A DNA stretch of 64,000 bases, taken from positions 62,001-126,000 of IMG/VR virus record IMGVR_UViG_3300042891_000711; one strand, written 5' to 3'. How positions within the stretch are numbered: the stretch's first letter is position 1; each line of letters opens with the position of its first letter. Both the position numbers and the translations under genes were made by a program. Positions 40,456 through 50,315 of the stretch are shown one piece after another. Below the pieces are notes generated by a model. That model saw only the letters and a list, made by a program, of their open reading frames with translations, did no database searches and had not been told where the DNA came from.

Positions 40456-41233
40456 TTTTGGTAAATGCTATTAAAAATATCCAATACTGTAAGTTGATAT
40501 ATTTCCACCATTTACTGCCAAAATATAATTTATTTGGATTTTTATGATGACTAACGTGATATGCTGTATTAAACCAAATTGGTAACATCCATGGTAAATC
40601 TTTACAAGGTCGTTTACTTGTATGAAAAAAGATATCAGGGCCTGCACAATATACTATTACTATATATGTAAGAGGTAATACATAAAAAGATATGTAATTA
40701 GCAACGCCGAATAACAATATGTATACCACACTACATATTGTTAGTATCGTAAATCGATAGTTAACCAACCAATCAGGATAGTACCAAGTTGGCTGATACC
40801 TCGACACATCAATATCTAACATCATTGATGGTGTTGTTTTTTTATCAATCATGGTAAATGTATTACAAAAAAACATAAAGGTATTTTCATTGACTGCCGC
40901 TGTAACTGGATCTTGATTGATAAACCAAAATTTATGATGTATTATATGGCCGACAATATAACCTTTTTGATTTTTGGCCGATACAAATGGGGAATATATA
41001 TACGCTATCACTAAAAATAAATATCGTGTCAGTGAATGTTTAAATGTAATTATATTGTGTTGAGCATACTCATGAACAAATAATGTCAACATTGCGCATA
41101 TAACATATGAAAATATAAATCCCGATACCAGATTAACATAACCTAAATATGTCATTATGCTTAAAAATATAAGCAATAAAAGATAATAATAATCAACAAT
41201 TTTTATTTTAATAAAATTTAATAAGTTTAACAT
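40427..41233 (-). CDS. divergent desaturase-like membrane protein 4
   Basis: HEYAQH, HIIHH, HVSHH; start reassigned to ATG 41233 (MLNLLNF). Confidence 0.72.
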   Translation of the reverse strand: MLNLLNFIKIKIVDYYYLLLLIFLSIMTYLGYVNLVSGFIFSYVICAMLTLFVHEYAQHNIITFKHSLTRYLFLVIAYIYSPFVSAKNQKGYIVGHIIHHKFWFINQDPVTAAVNENTFMFFCNTFTMIDKKTTPSMMLDIDVSRYQPTWYYPDWLVNYRFTILTICSVVYILLFGVANYISFYVLPLTYIVIVYCAGPDIFFHTSKRPCKDLPWMLPIWFNTAYHVSHHKNPNKLYFGSKWWKYINLQYWIFLIAFTKNETNSNRIY

Positions 41234-41238
41234 AGTAA

Positions 41239-41250
41239 TATTTATAAATA
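41239..41250. promoter_or_regulatory. bidirectional late-promoter palindrome
   Basis: TATTTATAAATA gives TATAAATA on both strands between divergent genes. Confidence 0.75.
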
Positions 41251-41279
41251 CTAATTGTAAACAAAAATAAAGGTCCGGT

Positions 41280-42017
41280 ATGAAAATAACTGAAGGTGGG
41301 AATGTATTTAAACTAGCTGATGGTAGCGAAGCAACCGGACGTATCAATCGTGCAGATGTCATTCCTACAGTTAAATGGTTAGAGCAATTAACAGGACTTA
41401 ATCTAGTAGACAATATGCTAGGGTCAACTGGCTACAAAGAAACAAGTGGCGACCTAGACCTAGCAGTTGATGTAAGTAAAATCAGCAAAGATGTACTGGT
41501 ACAACAACTATTAAAGAAAGGCATTGAACCTACTGACATTAAAAAGACAGGCGACAGCGTACATTTTAAAACACCCATCAACGGTGAAGCAAAGAACGGC
41601 TACGTACAAACTGACTTTATGTTTGGTGATCCAAACTTCCAACGTTTTAGTATGACAGGTAGTCCAGAAGGTAGCCCATTCAAAGGCATGCATCGTCATG
41701 TATTACTTGCTAGTATTGCTAAAGCACAGGGCATGAAATGGTCATACAAGAATGGCCTAATGGACCGTACTACAAACGAAGTTATTTCAAAAGATCCAAG
41801 TGAAATTGCACACAAACTATTCAATGGTAGTGCCGCTGATCTAGCATCAGTTGAAACTATCGTTGCTAAGATTAAAAATCTACCTAACTACAATGCCTTA
41901 GTAGCAGATGCACGTGAAACATTAGGCAAGGAAAATGTACAACTACCGGAATCACAGCAGGCAATAGTAGGCGAAGGTTCGGCAGCATGGTTTAAGAACT
42001 GGAAGTCAGTGCTGTGA
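41280..42017 (+). CDS. Pol-beta superfamily nucleotidyltransferase with leader
   Basis: MKITE leader; LGSTG...SGDLDLAVD...VQTDFM. Confidence 0.8.
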   Translation: MKITEGGNVFKLADGSEATGRINRADVIPTVKWLEQLTGLNLVDNMLGSTGYKETSGDLDLAVDVSKISKDVLVQQLLKKGIEPTDIKKTGDSVHFKTPINGEAKNGYVQTDFMFGDPNFQRFSMTGSPEGSPFKGMHRHVLLASIAKAQGMKWSYKNGLMDRTTNEVISKDPSEIAHKLFNGSAADLASVETIVAKIKNLPNYNALVADARETLGKENVQLPESQQAIVGEGSAAWFKNWKSVL

Positions 42018-42955
42018 GAGCTAAGGAGTTTATCTTAGAAGGCGGTTGGGCAAGTACTTTAACACAAGGTACACATATCACACCTGCACTAGTTGATGTT
42101 GTTGTACAATCATTACCTGCATTTGAACAAGCATTAAATGCTTTCTTAAAAACCAAAGACCTAGCACCAGTTAAGATAGGCACGCCAGTTGGTAGTACAA
42201 CATACTACAAACGCGACCTTGCACAAAATCCTCAACGTGAATACGGTGACATTGATGTTAACTTCTTTGTGCCACGCTTGTCTGATATGTCGGACAATGC
42301 TAACGAACAAACATACAGTTCAGCTATTAAAGAGTTTTGCGACAGTAACCCTAACTACTCAACTAACAACGGCACAAATGTTATAATTAAAGTAGGCGAC
42401 GAATATGTACAAGTTGACTTTGTTACAGCATACTATGAGAACGAACAGTGGAGTCGTGCCTTAGGACCAGAGTACAATGTTAAAGGTGTACTAAGCGCAA
42501 GTTTATACTCATCACTAGCAGAAGCATTAAATCTCAGCTTTGGTGGACGTGGAGTACAGGTTAAATTACAAAATGGTGTGCCAGTTAGTTTTAGACAAAC
42601 TAAAGATACAGAGCTTAAAACCATAACAAATAATCCCGACACATGGGCAGTTGATATTGCTACATTCCTTGGTGCTAAAACTATCAGCGCACGTTTAGCC
42701 AAGTATCCAGGTATGGGTGACGAAATAAAAACTTCAAATACTATTAACAGTATTGTTGGCATTGCTGAAAGTTTAGGCCGTCCTGAGTTAATAGAACAAG
42801 TGAAAGCAATTTACATAAGTAAAATAAGCAAGGCAGTTAATAGCAGTAAGTTTGATAAAGCTGTGACATCAGAAGCTAAGAAAAAAGCTGAAGATACCAA
42901 AGCATTATTAACAAGAGAAGCACAGCGTATATTAGGACAGTTTGATGCGATTTAA
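42014..42955 (+). CDS. Pol-beta superfamily nucleotidyltransferase with leader
   Basis: MRAKEFILE leader; VGSTTY...YGDIDV...VQVDFV. Confidence 0.78.
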   Translation: MRAKEFILEGGWASTLTQGTHITPALVDVVVQSLPAFEQALNAFLKTKDLAPVKIGTPVGSTTYYKRDLAQNPQREYGDIDVNFFVPRLSDMSDNANEQTYSSAIKEFCDSNPNYSTNNGTNVIIKVGDEYVQVDFVTAYYENEQWSRALGPEYNVKGVLSASLYSSLAEALNLSFGGRGVQVKLQNGVPVSFRQTKDTELKTITNNPDTWAVDIATFLGAKTISARLAKYPGMGDEIKTSNTINSIVGIAESLGRPELIEQVKAIYISKISKAVNSSKFDKAVTSEAKKKAEDTKALLTREAQRILGQFDAI

Positions 42956-44297
42956 AGAATTTTTAAGAGAATACAGCAGAGAGAAAACAGTCAATGTCTT
43001 TGGCAACAAACTTGTTGCGGCATTAGGCAAGGATAAGAGCCACACTCTTTCTGGTACACAGTTAGGCACGGATCGTGCGTTCATTGATCAAAAGATCAAA
43101 GTTAATGATATGATTACAGCAGAACAACGTCAAATAATTATCGATCACATCATGGTTGTAATTGAAAATTCTGACCCTACAGCAAACAAAGAGTATGTAC
43201 AGTGGTTGACTAAAGTATATGCTAACCAAGGTATTAAACTAGAAGATATAATAAGTCGTGGTAACAGTGCGCTTAAAATGTATCACGAATTCAAAGTTAA
43301 AAAAATATTACCAGCAGAATATAGAGACATTGGTCGCATTGACTTTGCTGGCTTAGAAGCAATAGCACAAAATCTTGACCTACGTAATGCCTTAGCCGCT
43401 AAAGAAGAACAAGAAGCCGCTAAGACTGTAGACAAGGGCGAAGCTGAAACTGTATTTGAAAATGCTGCAGTGCGTATCATTGTACCCAAGAATGAAGCAG
43501 CATCCGGTTACTATGGACAAGGTACACGTTGGTGTACTGCTGGACGTGACAACAATATGTACGATCGTTATGCTCGTGATGGTGACTTGTATATCTTACT
43601 ACCTAAGAAACCCGACTACGAAGGTGAGAAATATCAACTACACTTTAGTAGCAATCAGTTTATGGACGAAGGTGATAACTACGTAGACAGCGTAAAAGAC
43701 CTAATAACTAAACGCTTTGGCAATTTATTACCATTCTTTATGGAGCGCGAGCCTTCACTTAAAGATTGGTTAGTGTTTACTCCAGATGAGGTATTAAAAC
43801 CATTATTGGCTAAAATTAAAACAGCCGTAAACGACCACGTAAGCGAAATAGTCAACGACTGGGAAGTACAAGACGACTACTGGTGGGATCACCTACGCAG
43901 TGAAGGATATGTATATCCAGAAGGTCACGACGAAGAAGGCGAGATTGACTTTGATGCTGCGGCAGATGCCGATCTAAGTTACACTGATTGGAACTACGAA
44001 GCCAGCGACTTTATTCGAACAATTAATAATGCTGTAGATCTAACGCCAGAAGAAGTGCGCGAAATTGCCCAAGAGGAAGAAGATGATTACAACGGAGATG
44101 TGGGTGTTAATGACCTTGATACTATCATAGAACGCAGTATATCAAAAAATATTGGTAGAAATAGTAGTGACGGTGGTGTGATAGAATGGATTAAAGATCA
44201 CATTTATATTAAGAAAACTGGTGGTGATGGAGCATGGGACGTTAGTTTGCTGTACACAGACAAAGAAGGAAAGCGTGCAGAATACGCAATACACTAA
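42945..44297 (+). CDS. PcfJ-like domain protein with leader
   Basis: MRFKEFLRE leader; YGQGTRWCTA...KYQLHF. Confidence 0.65.
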   Translation: MRFKEFLREYSREKTVNVFGNKLVAALGKDKSHTLSGTQLGTDRAFIDQKIKVNDMITAEQRQIIIDHIMVVIENSDPTANKEYVQWLTKVYANQGIKLEDIISRGNSALKMYHEFKVKKILPAEYRDIGRIDFAGLEAIAQNLDLRNALAAKEEQEAAKTVDKGEAETVFENAAVRIIVPKNEAASGYYGQGTRWCTAGRDNNMYDRYARDGDLYILLPKKPDYEGEKYQLHFSSNQFMDEGDNYVDSVKDLITKRFGNLLPFFMEREPSLKDWLVFTPDEVLKPLLAKIKTAVNDHVSEIVNDWEVQDDYWWDHLRSEGYVYPEGHDEEGEIDFDAAADADLSYTDWNYEASDFIRTINNAVDLTPEEVREIAQEEEDDYNGDVGVNDLDTIIERSISKNIGRNSSDGGVIEWIKDHIYIKKTGGDGAWDVSLLYTDKEGKRAEYAIH

Positions 44298-44298
44298 T

Positions 44299-45000
44299 AT
44301 GAGAGCTAGAGACTTTACAAAGAACAACGTTGCTTATAACAAACAACTAAATCCAGTGGCCTGGGACAATAATCAATTAAACGATGAAGTGCGAGATCGA
44401 CTACTAGAGATTGCTGAACGTTTTGTCAGCTACTTAGAGATTCCTAATTTTAAAGTAGAAGATGTTGTACTCACAGGTAGTATGGCCAACTACAACTGGA
44501 CTAAGTTTAGTGATTTTGATGTGCATGTTGTTACTAACTACAGTGACCTACAATGTGATGATATTGCCGAAGCGTTCTATCGTGCCAAGAAACAAATTTG
44601 GAATGACGGGCACGATATTACTATCTACGGTTATGATGTAGAATTGTATGTAGAAGATGTTGCGCAACCTCCAGTTAGCGAAGGTGTATATAGTTTGTTA
44701 AACAATAAGTGGCTTAAAACTCCCGACTTTAAAGTGCCATCAATCGATCGTGCTAGTGTTAATGCCAAAGTATTAGATCTACGTAGCCAAATTGATCATG
44801 CTATTGTAGCCGCTGATGATCCAGAAGATATTAAACGTATATCAGAAAAGATTCGTAAAATGCGCCGTGCAGGATTAGATGCTGGCGGCGAATTCAGCAC
44901 AGAAAATCTAGCATTTAAAATCCTACGTAATATGAAGTACATGGATAAATTAAGTAAAGCATATCGTCAACAACAAGACGATGATTTGAGTTTAAAATAA
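44299..45000 (+). CDS. Pol-beta superfamily nucleotidyltransferase with leader
   Basis: MRARDF leader; LTGSMANYNWTKFSDFDVH...DVELYVED; start reassigned to 44299. Confidence 0.82.
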   Translation: MRARDFTKNNVAYNKQLNPVAWDNNQLNDEVRDRLLEIAERFVSYLEIPNFKVEDVVLTGSMANYNWTKFSDFDVHVVTNYSDLQCDDIAEAFYRAKKQIWNDGHDITIYGYDVELYVEDVAQPPVSEGVYSLLNNKWLKTPDFKVPSIDRASVNAKVLDLRSQIDHAIVAADDPEDIKRISEKIRKMRRAGLDAGGEFSTENLAFKILRNMKYMDKLSKAYRQQQDDDLSLK

Positions 45001-46004
45001 TGAGAGCACGTGAATTTATAACTGAAGCTATTAGCAACAAGCGAGTAATTCAGTATATTAAACAACATCACCCTAGAGGCGAATGGACTGCGGTTGCTAA
45101 TAACATGGTTATGAAATACCCAAAATACGAATTATCGTGGGTTCCTGTTAGCCAACTTAAAATAGATGGTGACGAGCCAATTGAAGATCCGTATAGTCGT
45201 GTTATTGACGTAGATCAAAGTTATGCAAGCAGACTTTCTACACAAGATATTGAAGATAATCCTATTGTCATAGACGCACAAGGACATATCTTAGATGGTA
45301 ATCATCGTGCTTGGCAAGCAAAACAATTAGGCATGGATATGATACCAGCGTATGTGCCTGTTAAAGAATTAACTGAATCACTAGATCTTGAAGTTGAAGA
45401 ATTTTTAAATAATCTAACACCGGAAGATGTTGGTGTAGACGAAGTAGGCGATTACCGTGTACACTTTGAAGGCTTTACTGATGACTGCCAATCCAGCAGA
45501 GATTACTGTCGTAATCCAAAAAAAGTGTTTCAAGAAGTATTTGCTGATTTTATCCGCCGTGAGGGTGGACAACAACCTGTAGCGTCAGGTATGGTAGGTG
45601 ATGATGACTACCCTATTCTATACAGCGTGTTTAAGGACACAGTTAGAAAAAATGTGCCGTTAACTCCAGAAAAAGCATACCAAATAGCATATAATAAAAA
45701 GAAACCGTGGCCTACAGGCAGTGCTGAAGAGCAACTAATTCGTAGTGATTTCCAATTAAGTGATTTGTATGATAGGTATGTGTTGAATCAGACCGATATG
45801 AGAGCAAATGAATTTATAAGCGAAGACGAAGGATTAAGCTATCAAGGTAATTGTACCGATGATGATGTTATTGAATATATTTTCGGTGATGCCACTACGT
45901 TTGCGCAGTTGGTTGACGAATACGGCGATGAGTTTGTATTAGACGATTTAGTAGTAAAGTATAATCCAGAAGAAGATATACACTACTTCTATTATAAGAG
46001 CTAA
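45000..46004 (+). CDS. ParB/Srx-like domain fusion protein with leader
   Basis: MRAREFITE leader; PIVIDAQGHILDGNHR; second in-frame leader MRANEFISE at 45798. Confidence 0.75.
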   Translation: MRAREFITEAISNKRVIQYIKQHHPRGEWTAVANNMVMKYPKYELSWVPVSQLKIDGDEPIEDPYSRVIDVDQSYASRLSTQDIEDNPIVIDAQGHILDGNHRAWQAKQLGMDMIPAYVPVKELTESLDLEVEEFLNNLTPEDVGVDEVGDYRVHFEGFTDDCQSSRDYCRNPKKVFQEVFADFIRREGGQQPVASGMVGDDDYPILYSVFKDTVRKNVPLTPEKAYQIAYNKKKPWPTGSAEEQLIRSDFQLSDLYDRYVLNQTDMRANEFISEDEGLSYQGNCTDDDVIEYIFGDATTFAQLVDEYGDEFVLDDLVVKYNPEEDIHYFYYKS

Positions 46005-46005
46005 T

Positions 46006-46314
46006 ATGAGAGCCAATGAATTCTTAACCGAGTCGTACGAGTTTTTTGATACTATAGTAGATCAAATCAAAGCTCAAGTGCCAGCAGAAGAAATATGGTT
46101 TCACGGTAGCAGGGTAATTGGAACTGAACACGATGAAAGTGACTGGGATATCTTAGTTATTGTTCCTGATAACATAGTAGGTGATGAGTATATCAATGTT
46201 ACTAGGATATTACAATCTATAGCAAGAAGATACGAAAATTTTGATATACAACCTGCTCGTGCGTCAAACAATATTGCCCGTATAGCAAGAGAAGAAGGCG
46301 AACGAATAGATTAA
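46006..46314 (+). CDS. minimal nucleotidyltransferase (MNT-like) with leader
   Basis: MRANEFLTE leader; IWFHGSRVIG...SDWDILV. Confidence 0.85.
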   Translation: MRANEFLTESYEFFDTIVDQIKAQVPAEEIWFHGSRVIGTEHDESDWDILVIVPDNIVGDEYINVTRILQSIARRYENFDIQPARASNNIARIAREEGERID

Positions 46315-46316
46315 AG

Positions 46317-46395
46317 AACACCTACCTTAGGCCCATACTCGTTATGGTGTTTGGTGTGGCCGGCTGCTGGCCTGGAGGGATGCCAAAAGTGAGCA
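46317..46395 (+). ncRNA. candidate structured RNA (family not identified)
   Basis: GC-rich intergenic island with stems ACACC/GGTGT, CCATA/TATGG, GGCCGG/CTGGCC. Confidence 0.5.
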
Positions 46396-46422
46396 AGATT
46401 AAACAAGCGATAAATACTTAAT

Positions 46423-49400
46423 ATGCGATATAGTCAAATTAAACAAGCCTTAAAAGAAGCAGAGATCATTGATGAAGTATCAATGAGTCCTTCCAGCCTA
46501 GAAGCGTTCGCTAACAGTCCGGAAGCTGATGGTATGCTTATGGGTATTGAATTTGAAATGTGCGTACCCAATGCCAGCTCAGGTGACTATGAGCCTGAGT
46601 GGGAATACGATTACGAATACAACGAAAGCGCCTACAATATTGATGATATTCTTAACTTCTTCCGCAACGGTGATTTCAGTAACATGAGTCGTAGTGACTC
46701 TGAGCGTTATCGTAGTGAACTATATGACGAATACCTAGACTGGACTAATGAAGCATCTAATCGCTATATAGACGATAACGTAGATGAATTAGACAGCCTT
46801 ATCCGAGATCAACTTGAAGGCGAAATTGATCGTGATGATGTCAAAGATGCGGCACGTACTCGCTGGATAGAAGCAAACCCTGACGAAGATCCCGACAGTG
46901 ACGATGCTGATGCAGAAATTCGTGTCATAACATTAGAAATGATCGAAGATCGAGTAGATGAATTAATGGCAGATACCAGCGGTAGAGAGTATCAATATGC
47001 CTACGACCAAGCACGTCAAGAAATGGAAGATGACTTCCGTAACGGTGGTGATGGCGATGAAGGTGCTTGGTTAAGCGACATTGGCATTGGTGATATGCAG
47101 GACGCTGAACGTCATTGGGGCTTTGATTGGCCTCACATGTATGACGCTAACGAAGGCAATGATGGTGGTGATGCAGACATAGATCAAGTAGCAGATGACT
47201 TTTATGGTGCTACTGGATATGAAGCACGCGGGTTTAGTAATTACCACAGTGGCAATCGTAGTCAGCAACAACAAGAAGGTTACTTTATTATTGAACCCGA
47301 TGCTTCAATTGATGCTGAACAAGGTGATGCAGGCTTAGAGTTTATCAGTCCAGCTATGCCACTTAAAGATGGCTTGACTATGTTGAAAAAAGTTAAACAA
47401 TGGGCTAAGTTGGCAGGTTGTTATACTAACAAATCAACGGGCCTACACATGAACATCAGTGTGCCTAACATGACCACTGATAATCTAGACTATGTTAAAC
47501 TAGCATTATTCCTAGGTGACGAATACGTACTTCAAGAGTTTGGTCGTCAGTACAATACCTATGCTAAAAGTGCCATGAAGATTGTTAAAGAAAAGATTCA
47601 GGCCAATCCAGAAAACGCCACAGAATTGTTGGCCAAGATGAAAGAACATCTTGGAGCGGCAGCTAGTAAACTAGTACACAGTGGCGTTACACAAAAGTAT
47701 ACAAGTATCAATACCAAAGGCAACTACGTAGAATTCCGTGGTCCAGGTGGTGATTATCTAAACGAAGACATACCTAAACTTGTTAATACTGCTCTACGCC
47801 TAGCACAAAGCCTACGTATTGCCACAGACGAGTCAGCATACAAACAAGAATACGCTAAGAAATTATACAAACTAATCAGCCCAGAAGGCGAGTGGACTGA
47901 TCCTAATAACTCAGTAGCATTGTTCAGTCGCTATGCTCTAGGACAGATCAACAAATCAGAATTAGTAAGTAATGTTCGTCAAGCACAAACAGCTCGTAAA
48001 GAGAAGAAAGGCGAAGAAGTACAGTACTGGGTAATGAATAAAGATGGCACTGGTGGTAAGCAAATGGTATTTGCCGCTAGTGAAACAGCCGCTATCATCC
48101 TAGGCGGTAAACAAATGGGCATGAACCGTGAACAAAGTATCAGCAAACTTAAAGCTGAATTGTTTGTAGATACTAACAAAGAAAATACACCGCCAGCATC
48201 AGTACCACTTAGTTGGATTGATTGGATAACAGATACACTACCTACGGTTACTGTAGATACAGCAAATTCTGTAAGAGAAAGAATAAAAGATGGCAGAGAT
48301 AATTTAGATGCAGATGCCAATGGTTGGATAGTTAGACAGATTGACAACGAACTACGCAGTAGAATGGATCAAGGAGTAGTCGACGGCAATGAAACACGCT
48401 GGAAGGTTTATTTTGCTCGTGGTAGACATGTAGATCAAGACCCGGTATTCGTCGATGCTGATAGTCCTCGTCAGGCTAAACTTAAAGCCGCAGATATATT
48501 CATGCGAGAGCAACGGATATCAGTGGGCCTACACGATTTAGAAGCCATTGCTACCACACAAGATGCTGGCCGTCCAGAAGTAACTTGGAATATTATAAAC
48601 GGTCTAGGTGAACCTGCTGGTACTGTTAACGCAAGAACCAGTGACGAAGCACTACATGTATACGGTAGTGTTAATAATGTCGATACTAGATACTATAGAG
48701 CAACACCAGTTGAAACAACGCCAAGTGCAGGCACGTACACTAGTTTCGCAGATGCGCAGGCTGCGGCAGATAGAGCAAACGCTGGTAATACCACTAACAG
48801 AGAAGTGTTTGACGGTTTAGCCAATAACTGGCAAGAGTGGCTTCAGGGTGTTGGTAGACATACCGACGGTAATCTACAGCGTATACTTGATAATATGGCC
48901 CAGGGTGTTAATGCTCACTATACCAACTTAACTCTTGACGAGAAAGACTTTATTATTAATACTGTTAATCAAGAAATACGCCGCCGTAGTAGTAATAACG
49001 AATTAGCTGCCAACGCAGGTGGTGCCGAAAACGCAGTGCGTGATAGTTTGCCCCAAGCACATCGTGAGTGGTTAGACAATGTAGCCGATAAGAGTGACAT
49101 GGATCTAATCAACGTATTCCGTAATGTCAGCACAACCGCAGTATTAAATGATCAACAGACTGCTTACTTTAGAGTTATTATTAAACGTGAACTACGTCGT
49201 CGTGGTATCAGCGACAGTGAGCGCGATGCTAGCGAACAAGGCGCAACTCCAGTACCTAATTATGAGATATATGCGCCAGACAGCGGAGTAGTAGTACACC
49301 AATTCCACGCCGACAACGAAACAGACGCAAATAGAAAGTTCAGTGAATTTGAACAGAATTACGAATCAGATTACGATTTCCATCACGAGTATCGCAGAAT

Positions 49401-49650
49401 TGGCCCTGCACAACAGGAATTACCATTGGAACCCGCAGTGCCACAGACCACTGCTACAGATTTTGAAGTAGTTAAAGCTGATGGTAGTGTGGTGTCAAAC
49501 ATACGAGGTGCTGATATGGTCTATGCTCATCGTAAAGCACGTGAATTAGAACAAGACCTGGGCTTAGAAAGTGGTGCGTTAACAGTTAGAGCATTACCAA
49601 CAACAAACGAATCTATAAAACAATTACGCCGATTGGCAGGATTAGTATAA
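46423..49650 (+). CDS. putative amidoligase (COOH-NH2 ligase) multidomain protein
   Basis: GIEFEM, IEPDASI, GLEFISP, TNKSTGLHMNIS, KYTSIN, VEFRGPGG; leader ending LKE; C-terminal LRRLAGLV. Confidence 0.82.
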   Translation: MRYSQIKQALKEAEIIDEVSMSPSSLEAFANSPEADGMLMGIEFEMCVPNASSGDYEPEWEYDYEYNESAYNIDDILNFFRNGDFSNMSRSDSERYRSELYDEYLDWTNEASNRYIDDNVDELDSLIRDQLEGEIDRDDVKDAARTRWIEANPDEDPDSDDADAEIRVITLEMIEDRVDELMADTSGREYQYAYDQARQEMEDDFRNGGDGDEGAWLSDIGIGDMQDAERHWGFDWPHMYDANEGNDGGDADIDQVADDFYGATGYEARGFSNYHSGNRSQQQQEGYFIIEPDASIDAEQGDAGLEFISPAMPLKDGLTMLKKVKQWAKLAGCYTNKSTGLHMNISVPNMTTDNLDYVKLALFLGDEYVLQEFGRQYNTYAKSAMKIVKEKIQANPENATELLAKMKEHLGAAASKLVHSGVTQKYTSINTKGNYVEFRGPGGDYLNEDIPKLVNTALRLAQSLRIATDESAYKQEYAKKLYKLISPEGEWTDPNNSVALFSRYALGQINKSELVSNVRQAQTARKEKKGEEVQYWVMNKDGTGGKQMVFAASETAAIILGGKQMGMNREQSISKLKAELFVDTNKENTPPASVPLSWIDWITDTLPTVTVDTANSVRERIKDGRDNLDADANGWIVRQIDNELRSRMDQGVVDGNETRWKVYFARGRHVDQDPVFVDADSPRQAKLKAADIFMREQRISVGLHDLEAIATTQDAGRPEVTWNIINGLGEPAGTVNARTSDEALHVYGSVNNVDTRYYRATPVETTPSAGTYTSFADAQAAADRANAGNTTNREVFDGLANNWQEWLQGVGRHTDGNLQRILDNMAQGVNAHYTNLTLDEKDFIINTVNQEIRRRSSNNELAANAGGAENAVRDSLPQAHREWLDNVADKSDMDLINVFRNVSTTAVLNDQQTAYFRVIIKRELRRRGISDSERDASEQGATPVPNYEIYAPDSGVVVHQFHADNETDANRKFSEFEQNYESDYDFHHEYRRIGPAQQELPLEPAVPQTTATDFEVVKADGSVVSNIRGADMVYAHRKARELEQDLGLESGALTVRALPTTNESIKQLRRLAGLV

Positions 49651-50315
49651 TGAACTTATTTGAAATGTTTGAACAAGGGCCACCTAAGCCAACGCTGATA
49701 GATGCATTGCGTGATTTTTTGCCCATCGCAGTTCAACATTTAAAATTAGATCACATTCCTAAAATTCGTTTAGTTAAATCATTAGATGATACAACATTTG
49801 GTCGTTATGTCAATGATGAGCAAGTAATTTATGTAGTTGTTGATAATCGCAATCCTGTAGATATCTTGCGTACACTAGCACACGAAATGGTACATTATGC
49901 GCAGGGTCAAGATGATCAACTTGATAGCACTTCCGGCGAAACAGGCAGTCCAATTGAGAACGAAGCCAACGCAGAAGCAGGTGTTATTATGCGGTTGTTT
50001 AATCAAAAACATCCTAGCTATATGCAGGCCGATCCAATAGCATTACCTGAAGCATGGAGTGCAAAATACAAAAAGAGTATTAATTGCAGTAACCCAAAAG
50101 GATTCAGTCAAAAGGCGCACTGTGCCGGACGTAAGAAAACTGATGAGAACTTTGCAGATGGTAAGAAGCCAGGCCGTAAAGGACTAGCCAAACGTTCAGG
50201 TGTTGACTGTGGTCAAAGCATAAGTAAATTAAGAAGCGTTGCAAAAAATAGCAGTGGCGAAAAGCAACGTATGGCACACTGGTGCGCTAATATGAAATCA
50301 GGGAGAAGTAAATGA
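49650..50315 (+). CDS. zincin-like (HEXXH) protein plus basic Cys-pair modules
   Basis: MNLFEMFE leader; LRTLAHEMVH...ENEAN. Confidence 0.72.
   Translation: MNLFEMFEQGPPKPTLIDALRDFLPIAVQHLKLDHIPKIRLVKSLDDTTFGRYVNDEQVIYVVVDNRNPVDILRTLAHEMVHYAQGQDDQLDSTSGETGSPIENEANAEAGVIMRLFNQKHPSYMQADPIALPEAWSAKYKKSINCSNPKGFSQKAHCAGRKKTDENFADGKKPGRKGLAKRSGVDCGQSISKLRSVAKNSSGEKQRMAHWCANMKSGRSK

Noticed and set aside
41234-41413. N-terminal extensions in the ORF track (also starts at 796, 19130, 22566, 44221, 50862, 63098)
   Set aside because: They overlap neighbouring genes; downstream ATGs fit motifs and promoters better.
46006-46314. MNT-HEPN toxin-antitoxin pair or CBASS operon
   Set aside because: No HEPN or CBASS effector gene recognised nearby; the leader places it in the cargo array.
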